The position numbers and the translations under genes were made by a program. A DNA stretch of 64,000 nucleotides from Phoronis australis (lineage: Eukaryota; Animalia; Phoronida): NCBI GenBank assembly GCA_002633005.1, contig NMRA01000126.1, forward strand, positions 388,979 to 452,978, written 5' to 3'. Shown here in pieces: positions 37,697-48,853 of the stretch (position 1 is its first letter; each line of letters begins with the position of its first letter). Under the pieces are notes generated by a model. It had not been told where the DNA came from and ran no database searches. It saw nothing but the letters and a program-made list of their open reading frames with translations.

Positions 37697-40600
37697 CCCA
37701 GAATCCAAGACAGCAAAGTACAAATTTTCCCACAATTCACAAGTTGTTCTTCTTTTCTCACACAACACGAAGTTCTTATGAACGTATTTTTAGAGGGTAT
37801 GAGCTGCTGTTCGTGAGAAAAGAACATAAACGAAAAGAACTGACATATAACAGAAAAGACTTGAAATTCAACGTTTGTGCAAGCTGAGAGGAGGGACGAC
37901 AGGCTACCTGGATACACATTGTTTGGCAATTTACTCTTCTCTTTTCTGTTTTTTAATTTTGTAGACCAATTTTATCAATTGAAAGCTTCCTGCGTTTTTA
38001 ACTAAATACTAAGAACATAATTATTTAAATGCACCAACTAGATAATATAACTTACCTGACATTCTGTAAACCTCTTTCAGTCTGGAAAAAAATTGGTACA
38101 GTGTCACAAATTCAAGATCATCTGGTACTACATATTTCAGAAATACTGATATTAAAATTACAGTTAAGCCAGTAATCTGATGCACATACTGCAAAACATG
38201 ACTTAGTTGACAGGGCCCTCGATGCCTCAATGCTGGGTCTGAAAACTAGTCACATTCCTCTCTGAGAAAATCATCTAAAAATCATGCATAATTCCCCTCA
38301 GGCTCAAAAATGATTCCTTGTGTGTCGATAATCTCAAAAACTGCTTGACGGGTCACAATGAAATTCGATACCGCGGTATATGGCGAGAATGCGCCAGCAC
38401 CAGTCGATTTTTGGACCGATTCAATTACCGTACTCGTTCAGGTTACCGCTCATGCTCGGCTTACCGCCCAGCCCCAAAATTTTCAATTTTTCATTTTTAA
38501 GCGTCCATGCTCGACTTACCGCCCACCCCCAATTTTTTATGATCGAGACCTCCTTAAAAGTGAGTGTGTTTTGGTGAACATTCGTCTCGCAAAACTTAGA
38601 TTCCAAAACCTGTGCAATTCCCTTACCCTTCAATGACAATCAGTTTTAGTGGAACCGGGAACTTGCCTTACTATGGCAGTAAAATACCCACATTCTCATG
38701 GTCTTTACTGAAGGAGACACAATTGTGTCAGAATGTACTGATCACTAAGACAGCACTTGTCGAATGTATTTCATTACCGTGAAAGAACCAACAAAGAGGC
38801 ACTTGACAAGAATTTCAAGTCCAAGGCCTACCTTTCTGGATTCCCCATAACAGTACACAAAACATCACCACCCTGAGCTATGAAGTAAAAATACGGGCCA
38901 TTGTTCAGTGTCTTCGTTAAACGCATGTTTTTAATGACTTACTCCTGACACCAAACTAGAAGCGCCCAACAAAAACCAACAGCGCAAGAAATCAACTTGT
39001 AATTAAGTGCAAGTTGAACATTCTATCCACATCTACGTGATCAAAAACTTATTTTTGAACTCTTGATTTGCCTGTTGACTTTATATACACGATGTGTTTT
39101 TGCTTTTTACATGATGTGTTTTTGCTTCATTATTTTTGCAGCTGATTGACCACTCCTATTGCCTAATAATAGTATCGTCTGATTGTTGAGCACATGCTTT
39201 GAACAAATTCCTGGAGGTCAGTGTTGGCTGTCCAACACAGAAAGAAATATACCATGTATATAAAATGTTACATTGTTCAAACTAGGTCCAAAGTATTTAG
39301 AAAAAGATCAGGTATCAACCATCAGCACATTTGGTTGCCAAAGTAACTAGCAGCAGCATATCTGTACNNNNNNNNNNNNNNNNNNNNNNNNNNNNNNNNN
39401 NNNNNNNNNNNNNNNNNNNNNNNNNNNNNNNNNNNNNNNNNNNNNNNNNNNNNNNNNNNNNNNNNNNNNNNNNNNNNNNNNNNNNNNNNNNNNNNNNNNN
39501 NNNNNNNNNNNNNNNNNNNNNNNNNNNNNNNNNNNNNNNNNNNNNNNNNNNNNNNNNNNNNNNNNNNNNNNNNNNNNNNNNNNNNNNNNNNNNNNNNNNN
39601 NNNNNNNNNNNNNNNNNNNNNNNNNNNNNNNNNNNNNNNNNNNNNNNNNNNNNNNNNNNNNNNNNNNNNNNNNNNNNNNNNNNNNNNNNNNNNNNNNNNN
39701 NNNNNNNNNNNNNNNNNNNNNNNNNNNNNNNNNNNNNNNNNNNNNNNNNNNNNNNNNNNNNNNNNNCCCAGAATCCAAGACAGCAAAGTACAAATTTTCC
39801 CACAATTCACAAGTTGTTCTTCTTTTCTCACGCAACACGAAGTTCTTATGAACATATTTTTAGAGGGTATGAGCTGCTGTTCGTGAGAAAAGAACATAAA
39901 CGAAAAGAACTGACATATAACAGAAAAGACTTGAAATTCAACGTTTGTGCAAGCTGAGAGGAGGGACGACAGGCTGCCTGGATACACATTGTTTGGCAAT
40001 TTACTCTTCTCTTTTCTGTTTTTTAATTTTGTAGACCAATTTTATAAATTGAAAGCTTCCTGCGTTTTTAACTAAATACTAAGAACATAATTATTTAAAT
40101 GCGCCAACTAGATAATATAACTTACCTGACATTCTGTAAACCTCTTTCAGTCTGGAAAAAAATTGGTACAGTGTCACAAATTCAAGATCATCTGGTACTA
40201 CATATTTCAGAAATACTGATATTAAAATTACAGTTAAGCCAGTAATCTGATGCACATACTGCAAAACATGACTTAGTTGACAGGGCCCTCGATGCCTCAA
40301 TACTGGGTCTGAAAACTAGTCGCATTCCTCTCTGAGAAAATCATCTAAAAATCATGCATAATTCCCCTCAGGCTCAAAAATGATTCCTTGTGTGTCGATA
40401 ATCTCAAAAACTGCTTGACGGGTCGAAATTCGATACAGAGGTATATGGCGAGAATGCGCCAGCACCAGTCGATTTTTGGACCGATTCAATTACCGTACTC
40501 GTTCGGGTTACTGCCCATGCTCGGCTTACCGCCCAGTCCCAAAATTTTCAATTTTTCATTTTTAAGTGTCCATGCTCGACTTACCGCCCACCCCCAATTT

Positions 40601-41426
40601 TTTATGATCGAGACCTCCTTAAAAGTGAGTGTGCTTTGGTGAACATTCGTCTTGCAAAACTTTGATTCCAAAACCTGTGCAATTCCCTTACCCTTCAATG
40701 ACAATCAGTTTTAGTGGAATCGGGAACTTGTCTTACTATGGCAGTAAAATACCCGTATTCTCATGGTCTTTACTGAAGGAGACACAATTGTGTCAGAATG
40801 TACTGATCACTAAGACAGCACTTGTCGAATGTATTTCATTACCGTGAAAGAACCAACAAAGAGGCACTTGACAAGAATTTCAAGTCCAAGGGCTACCTTT
40901 CTGGATTCCCCATAACAGTACACAAAACATCACCACCCTGAGCTATGAAGTAAAAATACGGGCCATTGTTCAGTGTCTTCGTTAAACGCATGTTTTTAAT
41001 GACTTACTCCTGACACCAAAATAGAAGCGCCCAACAAAAACCAACAGCGCAAGAAATCAACTTGTAATTAAGTGCAAGTTGAACATTCTATCCACATCTA
41101 CGTGATCAAAAACTTATTTTTGAACTCTTGATTTGCCTGTTGACTTTATATACATGTGTTTTTGCTTTTTACATGTGTTTTTGCTTCATTATTTTTGCAG
41201 CTGATTGACCACTCCTATTGCCTAATAATAGTATCGTCTGATTGTTGAGCACATGCTTTGAACAAATTCCTGGAGGTCAGTGTTGGCTGTCCAACACAGA
41301 AAGAAATATACCATGTATATAAAATGTTACATTGTTCAAACTAGGTCCAAAGTATTTAGAAAAAGATCAGCTATCAACCATTAGCACATTTGGTTGCCAA
41401 AGTAACTAGCAGCAGCATATCTGTAC
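37697..41426. repeat. ~1.67-kb near-identical direct duplication (37697-39367 / 39767-41426) straddling an N-gap
   Basis: Copies differ only by scattered SNPs and small indels; both abut the gap. Confidence 0.92.
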
Positions 41427-41865
41427 AAAATCACCTGATTCTGTAGCAATACATGACTATCTAGCGTAGTCTTGCGTGATCTTACTTTTCTCTCAAGAAA
41501 CGCGATCTACTGAAGGCAAATCTATCTGTAAAAATATCTTACTTCCAAGACATGACGAGCAGCAACCGAGGTACTTAAAGCACAATCACGCTCGGAATCA
41601 CGGCGCCACTGTATCGTGTGCGCTATTCGGCTTCAGCCCGTCAAAGTCCGTTACTTCAATCCGCCAACGTATATTTTAACTGAAATGCTTAAAGTCCGAC
41701 GTCAGTGTAGCTCCGTGAGGGTAAAATCAGTCCTTTGTGCAGTAAGCATCCACTCCCGACTTTTCAAAATTTCGATTTTAAACGCCCATGCTCGGCTTAC
41801 CGCCCACCCCGTTTTTTAGATTCCCAATTTAAGCGCCCTGGGCGGTAACCCGGACGAGTACGGTA
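40491..41865. mobile_element. pogo/Tc1-mariner-like non-autonomous element, family B; truncated duplicate starts at ~38427
   Basis: TA-CCGTACTCGTTCGGGTTACTGCCCA ... TGGGCGGTAACCCGGACGAGTACGG-TA; subterminal ATGCTCGGCTTACCGCCCA repeats. Confidence 0.85.
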
Positions 41866-44018
41866 CTGTGGCACCTCCCGTTAATTTTCGACAGCTCATG
41901 TCATTGCTTGTCCGTCGATTATCATGAAACCTCTTAACGGATCATGATGACATTTGGCACAGAGATAGATGGCGGGGATGCACCAGCATCAGTCGATTTC
42001 TGGACAGACTTGGCTACTGTAGCACCTCCTATTGACCAGTTTAGTTTTTGACAAGACAGACTGATTATTTCAAAAACCCCTAGGCACAACTAGATGAAAA
42101 TTTGGCATAAAGATATATGGCAGGGACGGATACGCTGACAGCAGCCAGTTTTCGTTTTGATTCGAGCACCCTCTTGCCCGCTTTACTTTTCGACAAGACA
42201 GCTAGTTCTTGTCCAATGATCATCTGACTACTTAACAGATCATGATGTGTATCCTAGAGGCATTTTGTTAACACGTATTACTCCCTCTTGTGGGAATTTT
42301 GAAATAAGGGGCACCCTTAGCATCTGCCATTTGCAATAACATAAAGGGCACATACAAACATTCTTGGTCATTAACTGTTATTCACTATGACTGTGTGAAC
42401 TTTTATTCCTTGCCTGGGGGGTAGCTGATGTATCTGCTGGACCGTTGTCAGCTCAAGAAACACTGAAGACGAAAATATCTAAAGAGAATAAAACCTAACA
42501 TGTACATTACCATGCACAATTGAAGCATGACTTAAAACTATTATGGGCAGTTGCATTTTATAGTTCTATGCAATCAAAAATTGTGGGTGGTCGGTACAAA
42601 ATGAAAGTGCCTTCTTCCGCCCTCCCCCCTACATATTTTACTGGAACAGCCCTAAAACTTATGCACAGTTATACATATACTACATTCTAATGTAAGTTTC
42701 ACAGCAAGAGGTCCACAGTTATTATTTAAAATCTGACTACAATGTCACAGCCAATTGCTATTGGCATTTTTGTGAAACTCCTCTTCATGCTTATTCCAAA
42801 AACGTTTCAAACCTACAGATCATCTATTCTGAAAGTTTCAAAAAGCATTGTTTCTTGTTGCACTTTTTTACGATCTGACTTGAATATTGCACATCAGGAG
42901 AAACCAGGCTTTCAATCTTAGGGTTAGGCCTTCATCCCATGATCTTGGGAATATCACAGGACTTCCCTTGCCTCCATTTTAGGGTTAGGGCTACCTTCTC
43001 TTAGGGTTAGTTTCAGGGTTTGGCATATAGGGAACTAAGGGACTACTTTGTGGCATATGTACAGTTTTGACCAGCAGAGGTCACTGTGATGGAAACCGAT
43101 TGTTCTCGTCTTGACACATTGAAAATGGAAATGAGCAGAAAACAGTGATTCATGAAGCGACAAGAACTCAACTCAATAGGTTTTGCCCACTTTCGGAATC
43201 AACATATTAAAAAGAAAACACAGGAAATACCAAAATCAAGTGGCTAGTATTACTCTGGAGTCGAATTGTAAACAATAACCAGGATAGCAAATACAGTTGT
43301 GGAGAATCAAAACTAGGAGATTCAACGAAATTGGCTACACGTGTGCTCTATTTTGGTTCATTTGGGCTTTGCCAGACAGCTAGCCAGCAAGCTTTAAGAC
43401 TAACTTCAAAATAAAGTTAGAAACTTCAGTATGTTAACATACCACAAACCTCCAAATATCACGTCGCCTTGGTAGTTCTGCTTGTCACTTTACATCAAGA
43501 AGTAGAGCAAACAACAGGGGGGGAGGCATGCAAAATTTGGATGTCAACTGACACGCACCTTGCCAGTTACAGCAATTTAAGTGAAAAATGTCATTTGCGT
43601 GCATAATTCTCCAACTTTAATAACAAAGAAAAGTATGACGTCCACTTCAAAACAGTACAGTCGTGACACGCAAAGGTACCATTTGTTAATTTTAGCAACA
43701 TCTTTTGGGAGATGATGATAGCTTCATTGTACCAAAATTGGCTCTGAAATTCGGTGTGCTTGTATGAAAGTAGTATATATTAATTTAGGGTGCGATTTTA
43801 TTTGGCCTGTTCAGTACCCACATCAGTACAAAGCTGTATTCTTATACAGTTTCAGGTAATAGTCAGCTGGGTGAGTCCCTGATTAACAGTGATTTGAGTA
43901 CCACTTATCCAACCAAATAACAGGCATCAGAGTAGATAACAATCAGTCCTTCTGCTGGCTAGAGAGGGAGCTACAATACTCCTCGTCAGCTTCTGTACTA
44001 ATCTCATCACTGTGCACT

Positions 44019-45190
44019 TTAAACAGGCAGTAGTCAAAATCCAGGCACCGAATAATAAGTTTTCACTTTGTCAAAAATACATTTTACACTTAAAAATTTT
44101 CGGATAAAAAGCACTTGATTTCTTTAGTGATCCTTTCTAGTTCCATACAGTCATACCCTTGATAAAGCATGTCTACACAAAAGATGACTTTGAAGAAGAA
44201 TTACAACTCTACATTTTTGGTTGTCGTTAACATTTTCACTGCAGGCAATAACCACAAAGTATTTCAATTAACGTCACTGTATTTGGGCCGCAACAAGCAC
44301 GAGACTGAGCGGAGCCCATGACCTGGCGGCTGATACTTGCAAAAAAACAACACGTGAAGAGACACAAAGGCTACTGAGGAAGGAATTTGCGATTTGTGAT
44401 CCTTAGGCTTTTTGTTAGAGAACTGGTGTGGTTTGACATAACTTCCTCAAAAAGGCAGCTGGCGAGGCAAGCTCAAGTGAAGCGCAACAGATTTTTATGG
44501 ATATGTTCAACTTCTGAAGACTTAATTGTCTCCAGAGTCATGGTATGTGTTAACTATATATGCACACTATATTCAAAGTTGTTGTGAAGCATGTTTGCGG
44601 TGAGTCTTCGTTAGCCAATCGCTAACGGACAATTGCCTATTACTTGAATGGTTAACACACTTCCTGATTTTACCAGTTACTGGTTCGATTCCCGGTTACT
44701 GCAATTGACGTAGTTGGCAAACTGATGATATACCGATTACGATAAGTACAACACGGATCTTCAGACCTCGGACAGCACACTTGGTGGTGATCCTTAATCA
44801 GGAGTTGAGGACTTTAACACGAGACTATATTGTGGTTCACGGCCATCTTAGTGAGGTAAAGTACTACAGGAATATAATCTTGTGATGCTTCAAGAATAGA
44901 ATCTTGTGTTCACCAGCGAGATGGCATGCTTGTTCATAAGAGGTGAATCTTGTGAAACATGCTTCCAGTGAATCATATGAGCCTCTGTTAGCCACTCGCT
45001 AATGGGCAATTGCTTATTAACTTAATGATTAGCATGCTTGCTGATTTTATCAAGGTCACTGGTTCGATTCCCCGGTCAGGTAATCTCGACAATTATTACA
45101 ATGTATATAAATATACAGCTTTGCTTCGATGTGGGTAAAAAAGTGGTAAGATAAAATCTGACACAAAATTTGTATCATTAAAAACTAGTC
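44019..45190 (+). mobile_element. Diverged interspersed repeat (Kolobok-like TTAAAxxGGCAGT start), homologous to 47842-48621, containing two SINE-like segments
   Basis: Shared blocks TTTTTGGTTG.CGTTAA.ATTTTCAC...ATAACCACAAA, CGAGACTGAGCG and ATATACAGCTTTGC...GACACAAAATTTGT; GGTTCGATTCC B-boxes at ~44681 and ~45061. Confidence 0.6.
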
Positions 45191-45759
45191 TTCCTCAAGT
45201 AAACTTAATTATTTAACGGTGTTGGAAAAAATGGCATTCTACCGTTATTCTGCTGCTAAAGTTTTGGAGCGATCTTTAGCGACGGCTTTCGGTGCCATGA
45301 AATATTGCGTCACCTATTGGTCAGTTATTTTTTGCTGATTCTTCACGTCACAACAAATTATTGTACATGGTTTCACTTCATTGTAAGTTTTTAGAATTTT
45401 GTTACCGGAAAACCGTATTTCAGAAGAAATTTTGCTGCAGCCAAGCTATCATCATCTCCCGAGAGATGTCGCAAAAATTTAGGAAATGGCACGAGCATGT
45501 AACACGAGCATACTGTTTTCAAAACGACGACATACTTTTCATTGTTAGAAAAGGCGGAGAGTTACGCTAGAAAATGACGTTTATTGCATTGTCTTTCATT
45601 TAAACGTCTGTAACGGGCAAGGTGAGTGTCAGTTGATTCCCAGATTTTGCATGCACCCCGTCCGGTCTTTAGCTTTACATGTTGATACAAGTTTCACGGC
45701 GAGGTAACGAACAGAACTACCCTGGCTGCATGCAATTTCAGGGACTACGGAAGAAATAC

Positions 45760-46970
45760 ACACAGTGGTACAGCTAGCTGGATGGCTGGGGCACAGGCGT
45801 CCTCAGCTTCTGATCGTCCCCAATACACTACATATAATACTACAAGGTATGACACTTCCGACCAGAAATTCCACGGGTGCTTCACTTCAGCCGTCCATAG
45901 CAAACATAAAACTCAATAAATTTACACAAAACAGAGGTTCAACAAACCATGAAGAATTGTTCTTTCTCCCAATACCATTCACGGTGTCCTGTTCCGGCGA
46001 CTTCGTAAGAAATTCGCAGTCAAAGAACAAAAATGTTCACAAAAAACCCCCGCGCACGTCCATCGGTTGCCGCTCGAGGTCAAGGACGGTACGGAAATTG
46101 CCGGTGAGTTACGGAAGTACCGACATCGGTCGCGTAAAGTCACGATGTCGGTACTTCCGTAACTCACCGGNNNNNNNNNNNNNNNNNNNNNNNNNNNNNN
46201 NNNNNNNNNNNNNNNNNNNNNNNNNNNNNNNNNNNNNNNNNNNNNNNNNNNNNNNNNNNNNNNNNNNNNNNNNNNNNNNNNNNNNNNNNNNNNNNNNNNN
46301 NNNNNNNNNNNNNNNNNNNNNNNNNNNNNNNNNNNNNNNNNNNNNNNNNNNNNNNNNNNNNNNNNNNNNNNNNNNNNNNNNNNNNNNNNNNNNNNNNNNN
46401 NNNNNNNNNNNNNNNNNNNNNNNNNNNNNNNNNNNNNNNNNNNNNNNNNNNNNNNNNNNNNNNNNNNNNNNNNNNNNNNNNNNNNNNNNNNNNNNNNNNN
46501 NNNNNNNNNNNNNNNNNNNNNNNNNNNNNNNNNNNNNNNNNNNNNNNNNNNNNNNNNNNNNNNNNNNNNNNNNNNNNNNNNNNNNNNNNNNNNNNNNNNN
46601 NNNNNNNNNNNNNNNNNNNNNNNNNNNNNNNNNNNNNNNNNNNNNNNNNNNNNNNNNNNNNNNNNNNNNNNNNNNNNNNNNNNNNNNNNNNNNNNNNNNN
46701 NNNNNNNNNNNNNNNNNNNNNNNNNNNNNNNNNNNNNNNNNNNNNNNNNNNNNNNNNNNNNNNNNNNNNNNNNNNNNNNNNNNNNNNNNNNNNNNNNNNN
46801 NNNNNNNNNNNNNNNNNNNNNNNNNNNNNNNNNNNNNNNNNNNNNNNNNNNNNNNNNNNNNNNNNNNNNNNNNNNNNNNNNNNNNNNNNNNNNNNNNNNN
46901 NNNNNNNNNNNNNNNNNNNNNNNNNNNNNNNNNNNNNNNNNNNNNGAACAAGAGTTTTTCAAACAGCTAA
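45760..46970. promoter_or_regulatory. Probable bidirectional ITSN/CRYZL1 promoter region, mostly within a gap
   Basis: CpG-rich stretch just upstream of the CRYZL1 ATG exon; ETS-like CGGAA cores; ITSN transcribed away leftwards. Confidence 0.5.
46101..46170. repeat. Perfect 28-bp inverted repeat with 14-nt loop at a contig end
   Basis: CCGGTGAGTTACGGAAGTACCGACATCG ... CGATGTCGGTACTTCCGTAACTCACCGG. Confidence 0.95.
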
Positions 46971-46972
46971 AC

Positions 46973-47029
46973 ATGAAGGGAATTTATGGAACGCTTGCTG
47001 ATGGGGGCGATTTCGTTTTAGACGAACAG
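46973..47029 (+). CDS. CRYZL1: CRYZL1-like (quinone oxidoreductase-like 1 / FERRY subunit Fy-4) first coding exon, MKGIYGTLADGGDFVLDEQ
   Basis: Resembles human CRYZL1 N-terminus (MKGLYFQQ...FVFQEK, from memory); CAG|GTAAAT donor, phase 0; acceptor-like TTTTTCAAACAG 6 nt before the ATG. Confidence 0.78.
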
Positions 47030-47841
47030 GTAAATCTTTATTCAGTTAAAGCGGCAGAAGTTTCCTCGCCTGAGCCCGATCACAGGCACAGCACAGCTAG
47101 GGAGGCACAGAACAGTTCTCACACTCACAAGGGTTTGCCTGTCAGAACACACGTCAAATAATGCACTCTCCACCCTTTCTTCAAAAACTGCATGCAAATA
47201 AGGAAATGTTTTGAGTCATTTCACATCAGAAACCCTACAGATGCGCACAGAAATTTTATTCTCTCTTGCATTTTTGACTCTTTCACTCCCAGTGGAAACC
47301 AAGCTGAACTAAGAACAGGGCAAAAAAATGCAAAATCGGCACTTTTCACCCCAAAATCATCACTTTCCTGCCGATGCTCGACTAAAGCCAACATTAGATT
47401 CCGAAAGCAAATTTCCTACGGATTCCAAAAATGTGGTCCAAAAGTACTGTCAACCAACTAGTTTTTTGCAAATCTGGCTTGTTTGAGGGCTACCTGAAAT
47501 CGCGGCCAATTTGTCAGTTGGTACACAGCAATGCACAACTGCAACAGGGGGCCACCATCTTGAAGAAGAGTGCAGCTACAGCCGAGAAACTGGCCCATTT
47601 CATTCCCAGCATGTTCACAAATACAAGAAAACCACATTCACTTGGCCTACACACAATACCTAACTAAAAAATGCCCCCAAGCTTGGCCTAGCCCTAGATT
47701 TTAACATTTTGGGAGTGCAAATTGGCCGCGGCTACAGCCTAACTATTCTGTGCCACCTAGGCAACACGTAGCCCCTCGGTTGGCCACTTAGGGGCTACAA
47801 TACTTCCATTCGCTTTCTGTACGCATTTCGTTACATGTATT

Positions 47842-48621
47842 TTAAATGGGCAGTAAACCAAATCCAGTCACCGATTTTGAGTTTTCACCTCGTCAAAAAT
47901 ACATTCCATACTTAAAACTATCATTTAAAAAAGCGCTTACTTTCATCATTGGGCCTTTCTACTTCTATACATATCTTCGCTGAAGCTTAGTTGTGAGAAT
48001 TAAGTTGACTTTGGCGAAGAATTCCAACTCCACTTTTTTGGTTGCCGTTAAATTTTTCACCGTGCACGCGATAACCACAAAATATGTCAACTGAGTCACG
48101 TGAGTTAGGCAAATGCTAGCGCGAGACTGAGCGAAGTGTGTGACGCTAGCGCGTGACTTGCAAAATAGCATGAGAAGGTATCAGGTGAAGTTTGTAAGAT
48201 TTTTGTCCCTTGGACTTTTTATTCGTCGACATGTGTGACTTTCTCAAAATGGCACCGAGTAAGAGAAACTCGAACAAACCGCGACAGTTTTTCATTGATT
48301 TGTTCAAATTATCTTGACTGAATCGTTTTCAGACTTATGGTATGAGTTGCTTATAACTCCATGTGCATTATGCATGTTTCATTTTATTACCTGTATTTTG
48401 AATTGCGTAACTTTTTGTGGGGATGTACTATTGCCCCTGTATGCCTGCGGCATCCAGGGCGATGTAATTGCCTACTATAGCACAGCCAGCTAGTCCGTAA
48501 GGCGTAAACTAGCTGGTCAGCTAGCCTTGGTACGAAGCTACTAAATATACAGCTTTGCACCAATGTGGGTAAAAAACTGACCACATAAAATTTGACACAA
48601 AATTTGTGTTATTAAAAACTA
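47842..48621 (+). mobile_element. Second diverged copy of the 44019 repeat
   Basis: Same ordered blocks, same orientation. Confidence 0.6.
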
Positions 48622-48853
48622 CACCCTTCCTTGAGTGTGTTGTGAATGTTGGTTTGTGTGGTCTCATTTTTCGTGTTGTCTCGTGTGTTCGTGTTTGTCC
48701 GTGAGTTTCCGTTAGTGGCAGGATGTTGTGAGTTCTAGTGTTGTCACGTGACTGGGGCATCATGGGAATTCATCTGGTCCTGCTTCATGTAGGACGCCTG
48801 CCTTTGGTGCTCTAGCCTCTGATCTACTGCGTTTGTTCAAGCTTTTATGTGAG

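Noticed and set aside
39315-39999. Long ORFs of 162-225 aa in the track
   Set aside because: Artefacts of translating through N runs
36340-42470. Candidate ITSN start or 5'UTR exons (ATG GTG GAG CTC GTG GGT G|GTAGTT near 36350; ATG GCA GAT GCT AAG G|GTGCCC near 42315; GC-donor segment near 42412-42461)
   Set aside because: Weak splice signals and no homology to ITSN N-termini; cannot choose without transcript data
44615-45080. tRNA genes (GGTTCGATTCC boxes); likewise 24110-24180
   Set aside because: No convincing acceptor stem or cloverleaf; more consistent with decayed SINE heads
45765-46974. 280-401 aa ORFs
   Set aside because: Mostly X residues from the assembly gap
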